A stretch of DNA of 39,735 bases from a virus. Taxonomy: Duplodnaviria > Caudoviricetes. The first letter of the stretch is position 1. Each line of letters starts with the position of its first letter. The stretch lies in IMG/VR virus record IMGVR_UViG_3300017655_000192, positions 1-39,735 of that record; one strand, written 5' to 3'. Both the position numbers and the translations under genes were made by a program. Below are positions 17,744-27,112 of the stretch, piece by piece. Below the pieces are notes generated by a model, which saw only the letters and a program-made list of their open reading frames with translations, ran no database searches and was not told where the DNA came from.

Positions 17744-18901
17744 CTATCCCACCACCTTTTCAATTCCAGTAATCCGACCACTGCTATCGGTCGTATAGTT
17801 ATAACTTGCCGTCTCTCCATCTGCATATGTGATTTCAAATCTCGCTGCATCCACCAACAAAGTGGACACTTCTTTTAATAAAAGCTCTGAAAATATATCC
17901 TCTAAAGTAATGCTCGTAATTCTACCGCTACCATCAGTGGAATAGCTATATTTAACATGATATTGATGTGTATCCCCTTTTTCCACTTCGTAAGTTACAT
18001 TAATAAAACTACCATCAACCGTTAGATTTTTTACGATTGTGTAAGAAACCCCAAGTTGGTCCATTTGGTACTTAAGACCATCAACAGAGCTGCCCACATC
18101 ATTCAGAGAGCTTTCCACTTTGCTCATTGAGTTTTCTATCCGATAAAAAGTATCCGAAATACTTGGTTTGTATCTGCCAACCTCAACTTGAATGTTATAA
18201 CGATAGAAGGGGTTATATTCCAATGAGATAATCCTTGTTTTCACATCAATACCGAGTGGTTTGAATACAATATGGACATTATCTCCAACTGCTAGATTCA
18301 ATAGTTTAAAGAATGAAATATTATAGGAAGATGCATTTTCCCTTGAATCGTGAGAAACAGACACATTAGTAACGTTTTTCGAACCCATTACCGGCTGGTA
18401 CTCCATACTGCCACGGTGCTTACGGATATTAATTAAGTAGTCGTTATATTCAATTTCTCCCCCTAAAATGGCAATGTACTGCATAAGAGCTGCCCTTCTA
18501 GACACTTCCTGGTTAATTTTCATTGTGCAACTATCGGTAAAATCAACTGTGCCAGCTGAAAAAGGAGTTCCTGATAATAGCTGATTTAATCCAGCCGCAG
18601 GATCTCCCGTAAAATCAAACGCATCTATATTAAAAATCTCATCATTTAAAATGTAAGATACATGTTCACACGTGACAGAACAGACTGGAAGGCTACCTTG
18701 TAACGACTTCGCTATTTGTACAATCTCAAAATATTGACCATTAAGCTTTGCCAGCTGTTTTGTTTTTAAAGCGAGGGCAGACTTGGCTAGAACCGTAAAA
18801 GATAGTGTAAACTCTCCTTCTAGCGTTTCCCTTATATTCGCAGACATCACTTTACGGATCGTTTGTATCAACGTGTTTCCTGCATAAATTTCTATCACCA
18901 A
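17744..18901 (-). CDS. Tail spike/Tal-like protein (prophage tail endopeptidase-like N-terminus)
   Basis: GEFTLSF, GQYFEI, CEHVSY, GGEIEYN, VGDNV; coiled coil; duplicated C-terminal TDxSGRIT. Confidence 0.75.
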   Translation of the reverse strand: MVIEIYAGNTLIQTIRKVMSANIRETLEGEFTLSFTVLAKSALALKTKQLAKLNGQYFEIVQIAKSLQGSLPVCSVTCEHVSYILNDEIFNIDAFDFTGDPAAGLNQLLSGTPFSAGTVDFTDSCTMKINQEVSRRAALMQYIAILGGEIEYNDYLINIRKHRGSMEYQPVMGSKNVTNVSVSHDSRENASSYNISFFKLLNLAVGDNVHIVFKPLGIDVKTRIISLEYNPFYRYNIQVEVGRYKPSISDTFYRIENSMSKVESSLNDVGSSVDGLKYQMDQLGVSYTIVKNLTVDGSFINVTYEVEKGDTHQYHVKYSYSTDGSGRITSITLEDIFSELLLKEVSTLLVDAARFEITYADGETASYNYTTDSSGRITGIEKVVG

Positions 18902-18913
18902 ACTGCCCTCCTT

Positions 18914-21514
18914 TTACGAACCAGCAACTCCTAAGTTTCTAACGGTTACTGTATTTTGGTTCCATTGTAGTTGAGCAATAATACGAGTTAACACATTCCC
19001 ATCAATCGTTAATGGAATCGTGATATCAAATGATGCACCACTCTTGCCGCCTTCAACTCCAGTAACCACGCTGTCCATATTTAAATCAAATTCTGTAGGT
19101 ATAGCGCCTTCCATTTCTTTTTCTACATTGCTCATGGCATCAGAGAATCCAACACCAATCCCTTCACCCATGTTTTCACCAATTCCAGCAAAAACTCGTG
19201 AAGGTGAACGAATCCCAAGCACACCTTTTACACTACTGACGATGCCACCGACAAAACCACTAACCTTATCTTTTATCCAGCCAATCATGGAAGCAATCCC
19301 ATTCCAAAGTCCTTGAACTATGTTTACCCCTACTTGTCCAATGGAAACAGCCGCTTTTCCAATTCCAACGATGATGGCAGAAATAATCTGTGGTAATTGC
19401 GCCACAAGCTGAGGGATAGCCCGGAGTAATCCCGCTGCCAACTGAATGATCAGTGAAATACCCAACTCAACAATTTTAGGTAGATTCCCAGTAATAAAGT
19501 TAATGATTGATGAAATAATAGCTGGCAATGCTTCTATGAGTCTAGGTAGAGCATTGATAATTCCTACGGCTAAACCTTCAATAATTTTAAAAGCCGCCTC
19601 CAAAACCATGTCGAGATTGTTGATGATGGTTTCCACAATTAATAGAATCGCTGATACAATGGATGGAATCAGGTTAGGTAAAGCCTCGCCAATCCCAGTT
19701 GCTAGAGTCACAACCATAGTTAATGCAGCTTCGATTAAGGCAGGGAGGTTAGCGAGAATACCGTCTACCAAACTAAGAACAAGATAAAGTGCCCCTTCTG
19801 TGATTTGAGGTAGAGCCTCGATAATCCCTTGAAGTAGAGTCGTTACAATTTGCATGGCTGAATCGATGATCATTGGAAGGTTTTCTACAATCGCACCCAC
19901 TAAGGACATAATAATTTGAAGTCCCAACGTAACGAACTGAGGCAATTGCTCGGTGATGAGTTCTGTTATACCAGCAACGGTCTCTCCTATCACTTCTGCA
20001 ATTTTTTCAAAATCTCCATCCGCTTCATTAATCCCATTCGATAAGCCAGAAAACAAGTCCGTAATTCCAGCAGAAACTTCACTTACCGCTGGTAGAAACA
20101 CCCCTTGTAAGGAACGTTTTACACCCTCAATTCCATCCGTTAGGTTATCGTATTTGACCTCTGTTATTTGAGCCAATGCATCTCCACTCGCGATGGTACT
20201 ATCTTTTATCCCACCAAGAACTGGTAGTATACTGGCTTCTAAATCTTCAAACTGTGTACCAAACAACTGCACACCAATTGTGTTTTTTAGAAGAGGATCT
20301 TCAATCTCTTGAAGTTTTTGAATGACATTAAAGAATGCAGCATTAGCTGTTTCCCCACCTTGGGCAAACTTATTCGTCATTTCTTCTGCATTAAGCCCAA
20401 GTGCAGTGAAGGCTTCCATACTCGACTTACTGCCGTCTTTGGCTCGGATATTAAATTCCTTAACAGCATCCCCAACCTTATCAATACTGAAAGCACCACT
20501 CTCTGCCCCAGCTACTAAACTAGCAATAAACTCATCCGCACTAAGGCCAAGTGACGCATATTGAACGGAATATTCATTCAAGGTATCTAATAGATCGCCA
20601 TTTTTATCGGCACCGTTTTGAGCACCAACGGCAATAATGTTATAAGCTTCATCTGCAGAGATGCCAAAGTTTTTCATAAGAGCACTGGCTGCCCTAGCCG
20701 ATTCTTGCATATCAAAGTCAAAAGTTTTCCTCAAAGCAAAACCGGACTCGGTGGCTTTTTCTAGCTCTTCACCCATGAGTCCGGTTATCTTTTGTACCTC
20801 TGAAATTCCTACTGCGACATCATCCAAGCTATCTCCAAAATTATGCTTGTACACGTTTTGAGCAATTTCTCCCAACTCTTCAAGTTCGGCACCTGTTGCA
20901 CCGGTAGAGGCAGAAATCTGATTGACAGCCATATTGTACTCATCACCAAGTTTTATCAAGCTGACCCCTGTGGCAACCGCTGCAGTTCCAATGGCAGCTA
21001 CAGCTGCTCCGATGGTTGCACCGATTCCTTTTAAGACGCCACCGAGCTTTTCGAACCGACCGGAAGCATCTTCAGTCTGATCCGCTGCATTCTGTACTTC
21101 ATCAGCAAACTCCTCAACTTCTCCTTCAGCATCATTGAATCCTTCATTCAACTCTTGGATGGCTTGATTGTTATTCTCAAGTTCTCGCTCCATCTTCATC
21201 AGTTCAGACTTAGCGTTATTCAGTTGAATTTGCCAATTTTGTGTTCGTCTATCATTCTCTCCAAAAGAATCTGCTGCGTTTCTAAGTGCCGCTTCTAATG
21301 TACTAATTTTATCCTTTTGTGCATCAACTGACTTTGCAAGTGCTCCGTTTCTTGCAGTTAATGCTTCAATGGATTGATCCTGCCGATCAAATTGGGCGGT
21401 GACAAGTTTCATTTCACTTCCTAACACCTTAAAATTTTGATTGATATCCCTCAAGGCATTTTTGAAGTCCTTCTCGCCTTCCACACCGATTCGAAGTCCA
21501 AAGTTATCAGCCAC
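18914..21514 (-). CDS. Tail tape measure protein
   Basis: About 866 aa; GLRIGVEGEKDF start, DKVGDAVKEFNIR, amphipathic repeats, LGIRSPSRVF. Confidence 0.93.
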   Translation of the reverse strand: MADNFGLRIGVEGEKDFKNALRDINQNFKVLGSEMKLVTAQFDRQDQSIEALTARNGALAKSVDAQKDKISTLEAALRNAADSFGENDRRTQNWQIQLNNAKSELMKMERELENNNQAIQELNEGFNDAEGEVEEFADEVQNAADQTEDASGRFEKLGGVLKGIGATIGAAVAAIGTAAVATGVSLIKLGDEYNMAVNQISASTGATGAELEELGEIAQNVYKHNFGDSLDDVAVGISEVQKITGLMGEELEKATESGFALRKTFDFDMQESARAASALMKNFGISADEAYNIIAVGAQNGADKNGDLLDTLNEYSVQYASLGLSADEFIASLVAGAESGAFSIDKVGDAVKEFNIRAKDGSKSSMEAFTALGLNAEEMTNKFAQGGETANAAFFNVIQKLQEIEDPLLKNTIGVQLFGTQFEDLEASILPVLGGIKDSTIASGDALAQITEVKYDNLTDGIEGVKRSLQGVFLPAVSEVSAGITDLFSGLSNGINEADGDFEKIAEVIGETVAGITELITEQLPQFVTLGLQIIMSLVGAIVENLPMIIDSAMQIVTTLLQGIIEALPQITEGALYLVLSLVDGILANLPALIEAALTMVVTLATGIGEALPNLIPSIVSAILLIVETIINNLDMVLEAAFKIIEGLAVGIINALPRLIEALPAIISSIINFITGNLPKIVELGISLIIQLAAGLLRAIPQLVAQLPQIISAIIVGIGKAAVSIGQVGVNIVQGLWNGIASMIGWIKDKVSGFVGGIVSSVKGVLGIRSPSRVFAGIGENMGEGIGVGFSDAMSNVEKEMEGAIPTEFDLNMDSVVTGVEGGKSGASFDITIPLTIDGNVLTRIIAQLQWNQNTVTVRNLGVAGS

Positions 21515-21536
21515 GACTTCACCTCCTCTCTTTTTG

Positions 21537-21571
21537 GGCATAAAAAAGACACCCCGTTTAAAAGAGTGCCT
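21537..21571 (-). terminator. Moron terminator
   Basis: ggcactctttt...ggggtgtc-ttttttatgccc. Confidence 0.7.
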
Positions 21572-21580
21572 AACGATTTA

Positions 21581-21859
21581 TCACAAATAGTACCTAATGA
21601 TTAATCTAGAACCAAATCCTTTTGTCTCTGTATTACCAGCCTTTGGATTTGGTAATTGAACTACTTCATCGCCAGGATTCATGCTTTTATACATTGCTCT
21701 ACAGCAGCTTGCCATTCTAGCATTTTTCCCTTTATGATCTCCCATCATTTTATGAAGTATGCCACTACAAATTTCGATACTGCTTTCTCCAGACTCTTTT
21801 GCATCCACCTTCAATTGCTTAATCTCTTTCACAAAATCCTCAAGCTTTGGAATCACCAT
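21581..21859 (-). CDS. 92-aa moron protein of unknown function
   Basis: RBS AAAGGGG, own extended -10 (TGaTACAAT, 21888-21896) and terminator; SGxLH...RMxSCCxxM...GD...G.GSRLxIRY pattern. Confidence 0.7.
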   Translation of the reverse strand: MVIPKLEDFVKEIKQLKVDAKESGESSIEICSGILHKMMGDHKGKNARMASCCRAMYKSMNPGDEVVQLPNPKAGNTETKGFGSRLIIRYYL

Positions 21860-22029
21860 TACTACAACCCCTTTCCCTTTTATTGGGATTGTATCACAAA
21901 CACTTTTTTGTAAGTCAAGACAGTGACTGTGTATTGTGATTAGTGTTGTGACTGGGAAAAAGGCTTGATTTACCAATGATTTAGAGCAACTTTAGGGCTT
22001 GAAGTTTTTTTCAAACACTAGTATATATC

Positions 22030-22239
22030 CTATATCCCTACAGGAATAACATCATCAATCGAAACTTCCATCAATGGCTTAGCAATTCCCATAAACTGCT
22101 TATGACATTCCCATAAATCCATTAAATAACCCATCGGCATGAGCCACACTTCTTCTTCACTACGATTTAACTGAGCGGTTCCATAATAAATAAGTCGGAT
22201 AAACAGCTCTTCATCGCTTACCCGACTTGCACGTTTTTT
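22030..22239 (-). CDS. Tail assembly chaperone -1 frameshift extension (gpGT-like)
   Basis: Slippery A AAA AAC at 22239-22233; -1 frame reads KRASRVSDEELFIRLIYYG...EVWLMPMGYLMDLW...IDDVIPVGI*. Confidence 0.8.
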   Translation of the reverse strand, partial: KKRASRVSDEELFIRLIYYGTAQLNRSEEEVWLMPMGYLMDLWECHKQFMGIAKPLMEVSIDDVIPVGI

Positions 22240-22643
22240 GCTGGTTCACTCTGTATATGCCGTTTTGTGCCTTTCAACATGGAAACCATAATCGCATTCT
22301 TGTACTCTGCCAATTCAAAAGGAGTAGTCAATAATTCAACTTCTTCCTCTGCCAATAGCTCTTTTTTATCCTCTTTATTTTTCAGATTATGAATCAGAAT
22401 GGACTGATTCGCTAGTAGAGTAATAAGCCAAACAATTTCATCCAGAGCAAGTTCAAAATCCTTTGAATTCATCAGCTTTGTTCCAAGATTCTCAAGACCA
22501 CCATACCTTTTTGCAATTTCCTTTGTCGCCTTCGTGGTTAAAATCAACTTGTATTCTACATCCCCAATTTCAATCACAGCACTTCTTTCCTCAGCTGCAA
22601 AATCAACATCTAGAGTTGAAGGATCCACTTTTTCATTTGCCAA
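22218..22643 (-). CDS. Tail assembly chaperone (gpG-like)
   Basis: Between major tail and TMP; LILTTKATKEIAKRYGG. Confidence 0.8.
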   Translation of the reverse strand: MANEKVDPSTLDVDFAAEERSAVIEIGDVEYKLILTTKATKEIAKRYGGLENLGTKLMNSKDFELALDEIVWLITLLANQSILIHNLKNKEDKKELLAEEEVELLTTPFELAEYKNAIMVSMLKGTKRHIQSEPAKNVQVG

Positions 22644-22659
22644 TGTTCTTCATCCCCCT

Positions 22660-23541
22660 TTACGATACGGTTACCGTAGCCACGTTCGTTTTTACAGCAC
22701 TAGCACCAACTGAAGTCAACACGCAGTAGTAATAATAGCTTCCTGCAATAAGATTCGTTGGGATATCAAAGCTCGCTGACGTTTCCCCATTAATAGCGGT
22801 TCCACCTGTCGTGCTATCGGTTGTATTTTCATACCACTGATAAGTGACAGGATAACTAGTATTCGTGCTTGCAACAACCGATAAACTGCCAGAAATGCTA
22901 CCTTCTACTACTTCTGTTAAATCAGCGGGCTGCACGGTAACCGTAATTGCTGGAGTTACTGGTGAAAAGTCAGGCTCATATACAGAACTAAACCATTTGG
23001 TTATGGTTTCTTGCGCTACACCATTGTCCCCTTCTGTGACCTCCGCTTTCCATGGATGTTTATTTTCAGTGTCCAGCTTATTTCTTCTAAAAACGGTACC
23101 TTCTATGGTGGGACTACTAAACGTAATTGATTCACCTTTTGTCGTAAGGTTCGTTGTAGGAATGCTAAAAATAACTCGATACAACCAAAAGTATCGATAC
23201 TTTCCATTCGCTTTCTTGGCACGAAACCCAACTGCCACAGGATTCCCACCATCTTCACTTCTTGAAACCACGACATTGTTGCTATCAATCTTACTTCCTG
23301 TTAAATCTTGTGCTGCTATGGAGCCGATATCATCAATTCCAAGGGTTAATGTTCCACTATTAAATTCCTTTACAATTTCTGATGCGCCATCATCCGCATA
23401 AAGGATAGCTTCAATGAGTTCAACACTGAGTTCTGCGGTCATGGCCTTCGCTAGTATTTTTGGAGTTCCATATGTTTCAATACCATTCTCATCTTCTGTG
23501 ATCTTGGCATAAAATAAACGGTCCAATCCGATTGTTGCCAT
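22660..23541 (-). CDS. Major tail protein (phi13 family) with C-terminal Ig-like domain
   Basis: MATIGLDRL, LYADDG, YRYFWLY; tail ITVTVQP..YQWY..YYYYC. Confidence 0.9.
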   Translation of the reverse strand: MATIGLDRLFYAKITEDENGIETYGTPKILAKAMTAELSVELIEAILYADDGASEIVKEFNSGTLTLGIDDIGSIAAQDLTGSKIDSNNVVVSRSEDGGNPVAVGFRAKKANGKYRYFWLYRVIFSIPTTNLTTKGESITFSSPTIEGTVFRRNKLDTENKHPWKAEVTEGDNGVAQETITKWFSSVYEPDFSPVTPAITVTVQPADLTEVVEGSISGSLSVVASTNTSYPVTYQWYENTTDSTTGGTAINGETSASFDIPTNLIAGSYYYYCVLTSVGASAVKTNVATVTVS

Positions 23542-23886
23542 TTAATATTCCTCCATTTCATATTCTTTCAAGATATCAATGGCATAATGATGATATTTAG
23601 TATCATCTTCAAACCCGATATACTGTCGATCCGTAATGGTTATATCCGCTTTAAGCAGGATCTTTGTAAGCTGTTTTTTTAATGGTTGGTAATTCTTTTT
23701 TATAAAAAGCGATAGCCGTGCTTCCTCGATAACTGAATGGGCTTGATTATCGGCAAAGAAGTCCAACCTGTCTGACATCGGTGTAATTACGATGTACTCA
23801 TCAGGCGGTTTCTTGGAAAAGACACCTGTTTCAATGGGAATCCCGATGGGTTCAAGTAAGGTATTCAGGTCTTTTAATAGACTCAT
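23542..23886 (-). CDS. Tail completion/terminator protein
   Basis: Position and size; DTKYHHYAID. Confidence 0.7.
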   Translation of the reverse strand: MSLLKDLNTLLEPIGIPIETGVFSKKPPDEYIVITPMSDRLDFFADNQAHSVIEEARLSLFIKKNYQPLKKQLTKILLKADITITDRQYIGFEDDTKYHHYAIDILKEYEMEEY

Positions 23887-24317
23887 AGTTTCTCAATCTC
23901 CTTATTCAGTGCTTTCTCCATCGCCTCTGCACAGGCTTTTCTTGTAGCGGATTTTGTAGGTTTTAGCCACGGTCTAGGAGGTTGGCCGGATTTGCCATAC
24001 TCCAATACAGCTGCCTTCAATGCATTCGAAACTCCCCTACTGTCCTTTGTTGTAGGAATACCCACCCTAAGGTTCCAGTCCCCTTTTGCATCTTGGACTG
24101 CCTTTGTCGTTTCAAGTGATGCTAATAATTCACCAGAAGATTGAGAAGGTTCTTTTGTTCCCTGCCCAATTCTAGCAGCTAGATTACTTTTTGCTTTTTG
24201 AATCACTGGCTCTGCTCCCTTTTCTAATACTCTTGGAACAATGTCATCAAAGTGACGATTTAATGTTGCGATTCTTTCTAAAAAGTCATCCGGCATCTTT
24301 ACTGCTGCTCTTGCCAT
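23883..24317 (-). CDS. HK97 gp10-family protein
   Basis: LEYGKSGQPPRPWLKP. Confidence 0.85.
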   Translation of the reverse strand: MARAAVKMPDDFLERIATLNRHFDDIVPRVLEKGAEPVIQKAKSNLAARIGQGTKEPSQSSGELLASLETTKAVQDAKGDWNLRVGIPTTKDSRGVSNALKAAVLEYGKSGQPPRPWLKPTKSATRKACAEAMEKALNKEIEKL

Positions 24318-24321
24318 AGCC

Positions 24322-24657
24322 TCACCCCTTTGACCCTGTAATTTTCTCAGCCAATACTTCTACATACATGCCTCGCTCTTTGATATCCTCAACACTCAAA
24401 ATGTTGTACCGTTCATCCTTACAGCCAATGACTAAATCTGTGGTTAGCTCGAATCCCCGAGGTTTTCTAAAACGAAAAAGAGAGCTAGCCTCAGAAAAAC
24501 TAGCCCGGTTCTTCCAAGCTTCACTCCCATGACGATTCTCTTTATAAGCCCTCATGGAGGTTAATAGTTGCTCCCCCTCGGTGGCAAATCCTTCTTCATC
24601 TTTAACATAAACAGTGCTAAAAATTTCAATCTGGACATTCATTTTCCCTAAACTCAT
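24322..24657 (-). CDS. Head closure protein (head-tail adaptor)
   Basis: GKMN, DEEGF, FRFR, RYNILSVED. Confidence 0.85.
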   Translation of the reverse strand: MSLGKMNVQIEIFSTVYVKDEEGFATEGEQLLTSMRAYKENRHGSEAWKNRASFSEASSLFRFRKPRGFELTTDLVIGCKDERYNILSVEDIKERGMYVEVLAEKITGSKG

Positions 24658-24968
24658 ATGATCACGTCCTTATTCAATCGAAGGAGCATATTGACCACAT
24701 TCCATACTTGCTTACTCGCTTCCACATTGTCAGCAAAAAAGCCACCCGTGCTACCATCCCGACTTTCATAAAAGTAAGACGATAGCATGATGACAGCCTG
24801 TTCGGTCGTAGGATGCAAAGGATTCTCTTTGTAAAAGCCATCAGGTTTCTTTTGATAGCTTTCTGCATAGGAAACAGCGGCATTGATGAAACCAGAAAGC
24901 AGGACATCGTCTTCATCATGGTTAAGAATAATGTTTTGTTTTACCTTTGATAACAACTCCTCCATCAC
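24654..24968 (-). CDS. Head-tail connector (gp6-like)
   Basis: VKQNI..DEDDVLL..AAVSYAESY..FYESR. Confidence 0.88.
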   Translation of the reverse strand: MMEELLSKVKQNIILNHDEDDVLLSGFINAAVSYAESYQKKPDGFYKENPLHPTTEQAVIMLSSYFYESRDGSTGGFFADNVEASKQVWNVVNMLLRLNKDVII

Positions 24969-24983
24969 TGCTTCCTCCCTTTA

Positions 24984-25205
24984 TTATTCAATGTTCATCA
25001 GACCAGCTGCTTTTAGTTTTGCTAGTAAAGCATTAAAGTCAGTAACAAGTCCAGCTACATCTACAGCAGTACTATCTGCTTGAAGTGCGGCTGGACTTAA
25101 TGGTGTTCCGTCAAAAGCTAACTTTCCTTCTGGAGTTATATCTAATTCCCCACCAATGACGGTTCGATTTCCACCTTGTTCGGTATAATTTTTGACATTA
25201 CTCAT
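24984..25205 (-). CDS. Head fiber/decoration-like protein
   Basis: KNYTEQGG, DFNALLAKLKAAGLM; directly after capsid gene. Confidence 0.7.
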   Translation of the reverse strand: MSNVKNYTEQGGNRTVIGGELDITPEGKLAFDGTPLSPAALQADSTAVDVAGLVTDFNALLAKLKAAGLMNIE

Positions 25206-25215
25206 GAACGATCAC

Positions 25216-26409
25216 CTACGCTTTCTGTTGAAGGACTTTAATCGCTTCAGGAAGAATCAACTTTCCATCCACCCGCTGTGATGCTTTGAAACCAACTTGT
25301 CCTGTTGCGGCATATAATTCATTTAATCTCTGGAAAGAACGACCTTGTCTGTCAGCTACCCAATAGTATCCGAAATCACCAAAAGCAATCGTCTTCGCCC
25401 CAGCTTCCACGGTTGGAACATAGGCAGATGTTTTAACTGGACGATTCAGGATTGTATCAGGTTGACCTGCTTGGATCGAAGGCTGCCATAAGTACTGTCC
25501 ATTCCCATCTTTCAGCTTTCGAATCAGTTTGACCGTCGCATCATTCATGATAAAAATGGCCTTTTTACGATAAGGCGATTTCAATGAGTAGAATAGATCC
25601 ATAATTTCATCCACTGAAACAGCGGTTGCTGAAGTTCCAGTCACGCCAAGTTCCGCTCCACCCGTTGCATTAAAAATGCCAGTCGGTTTTCCGGTACCAT
25701 CTCCAACAAAGAATGCTTCTTCTTCTTTGGCACCAATCCGTCTGGCAAATTCTTTTGCAATATACGCTTCAAGATTAAACACACTATCATTCAAAAGTTC
25801 CTCGGACACTTTAATCATGGTGGCTAATTTATAAGCTCCAATCGAAACTTGTCCAAAGCTATCATCCGATTCAGGAATAAGCCCTTCTTCATCCACCCAA
25901 GAAGCAGTTCCTTTTGAAGCAACCACTGGAATTTTACGGTCTCCTGAGGAAGTTGTGATGACCTTAGCTAATGAACGGAAGATATTTTCCTCTTCTAAGG
26001 ATTCAATGAGTGTTCTTTCAAACTCATCTGGAGCAAGGAATCCACCCTCAGAGTCGGTTCCAATCTTCAAGGCATTCTGTACTTCATAATTACTTTTGTT
26101 TCTCATCGATTTCCAGAACGCTTCCCTGTATTCATTTGTTGCTCGGCCTGTTTTTTGCCCTTCAGCACCCGTTGGCTTTGAAGTAATGGGCTGATTAATC
26201 GGTTTGGAAAGTTCTAAATCAATGGCTTGTTGCCTTTCCAATCGGTCGATTTCCTTACCTAGATTAACGACTTCTGCCTCCATCTTTTCATAGGTGGAGG
26301 TATCTTCAGCTGAAAGGATCCCGTCTTCCCCACGTTTTGAATCAAGAAATGCCTTTGTTTGTTCCCATGCTTTTGCTCGTTTTTCACGTAGTTCTAATAC
26401 TTTACTCAT
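25216..26409 (-). CDS. Major capsid protein, HK97 fold
   Basis: N-terminal coiled coil, EGGFLAP, SEELLNDS, GDGTGKPTG, FGDF, RVDG. Confidence 0.95.
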   Translation of the reverse strand: MSKVLELREKRAKAWEQTKAFLDSKRGEDGILSAEDTSTYEKMEAEVVNLGKEIDRLERQQAIDLELSKPINQPITSKPTGAEGQKTGRATNEYREAFWKSMRNKSNYEVQNALKIGTDSEGGFLAPDEFERTLIESLEEENIFRSLAKVITTSSGDRKIPVVASKGTASWVDEEGLIPESDDSFGQVSIGAYKLATMIKVSEELLNDSVFNLEAYIAKEFARRIGAKEEEAFFVGDGTGKPTGIFNATGGAELGVTGTSATAVSVDEIMDLFYSLKSPYRKKAIFIMNDATVKLIRKLKDGNGQYLWQPSIQAGQPDTILNRPVKTSAYVPTVEAGAKTIAFGDFGYYWVADRQGRSFQRLNELYAATGQVGFKASQRVDGKLILPEAIKVLQQKA

Positions 26410-26422
26410 CCAAATCTCCTCC

Positions 26423-27109
26423 TCAAAATTTTAAGAGGTCTAGCCTCTTATCCAATATGGTGATGTCTGTTCCTGTTTTCTTCTCTCTTTTAGGCAGTTT
26501 GTGCAAAAAGGAATTCACCACCGCCATTTTGTTGTAAATAACCCCTTCATCTGATGACTCTTGATTACTTTCTTCTTGAAACATAATCGCATCAGCAAAA
26601 CCAAGCTCCACCGCTTTTTTTGAATTAAACCAGCTTTCATCATCCATCATGTGTGAGAGTTTGGTCCTTGAAAGACCTGTCTTTAGCTCATAAGCGTTAA
26701 TAATGCTTTCTTTGACCTCGCTCAGCATCTGGATCGCTTTTTTCATTTCAGCTGTATCTCCAAAAGCGATAGTCATGGGATTATGAATCATCATCATGGA
26801 GACGGGTGACATTTGAACTTCACCACCTGCCATTGCAATGACTGAGGCAGCACTAGCAGCAATTCCGTCAATCTTTACGGTTACATCCCCCTTGTAATCC
26901 ATGAGCATGTTGTAAATTTGACTCGCTGCAAAAACATCGCCACCTGGTGAATTAATCCAAACGGTGATTTTCCCACCATCATTGTTTAGCTCTGATTTAA
27001 ACTGTTTCGGTGTTACTTCATCGCCAAACCATGATTCTTCAGCAATGACTCCATCCAGATGAAGTGTCCTGCCGTCTTCATTCTTGACCCAATTCCAAAA
27101 CTTCTTCAT
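26423..27109 (-). CDS. ClpP-like prohead maturation protease
   Basis: INSPGGDV, AASAASVI, MIHNP. Confidence 0.93.
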   Translation of the reverse strand: MKKFWNWVKNEDGRTLHLDGVIAEESWFGDEVTPKQFKSELNNDGGKITVWINSPGGDVFAASQIYNMLMDYKGDVTVKIDGIAASAASVIAMAGGEVQMSPVSMMMIHNPMTIAFGDTAEMKKAIQMLSEVKESIINAYELKTGLSRTKLSHMMDDESWFNSKKAVELGFADAIMFQEESNQESSDEGVIYNKMAVVNSFLHKLPKREKKTGTDITILDKRLDLLKF

Positions 27110-27112
27110 GGC

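Noticed and set aside
17744-18050. DGR template/variable repeat in the tail spike
   Set aside because: The repeat is a protein-level duplication without adenine-specific differences, and there is no reverse transcriptase in the window
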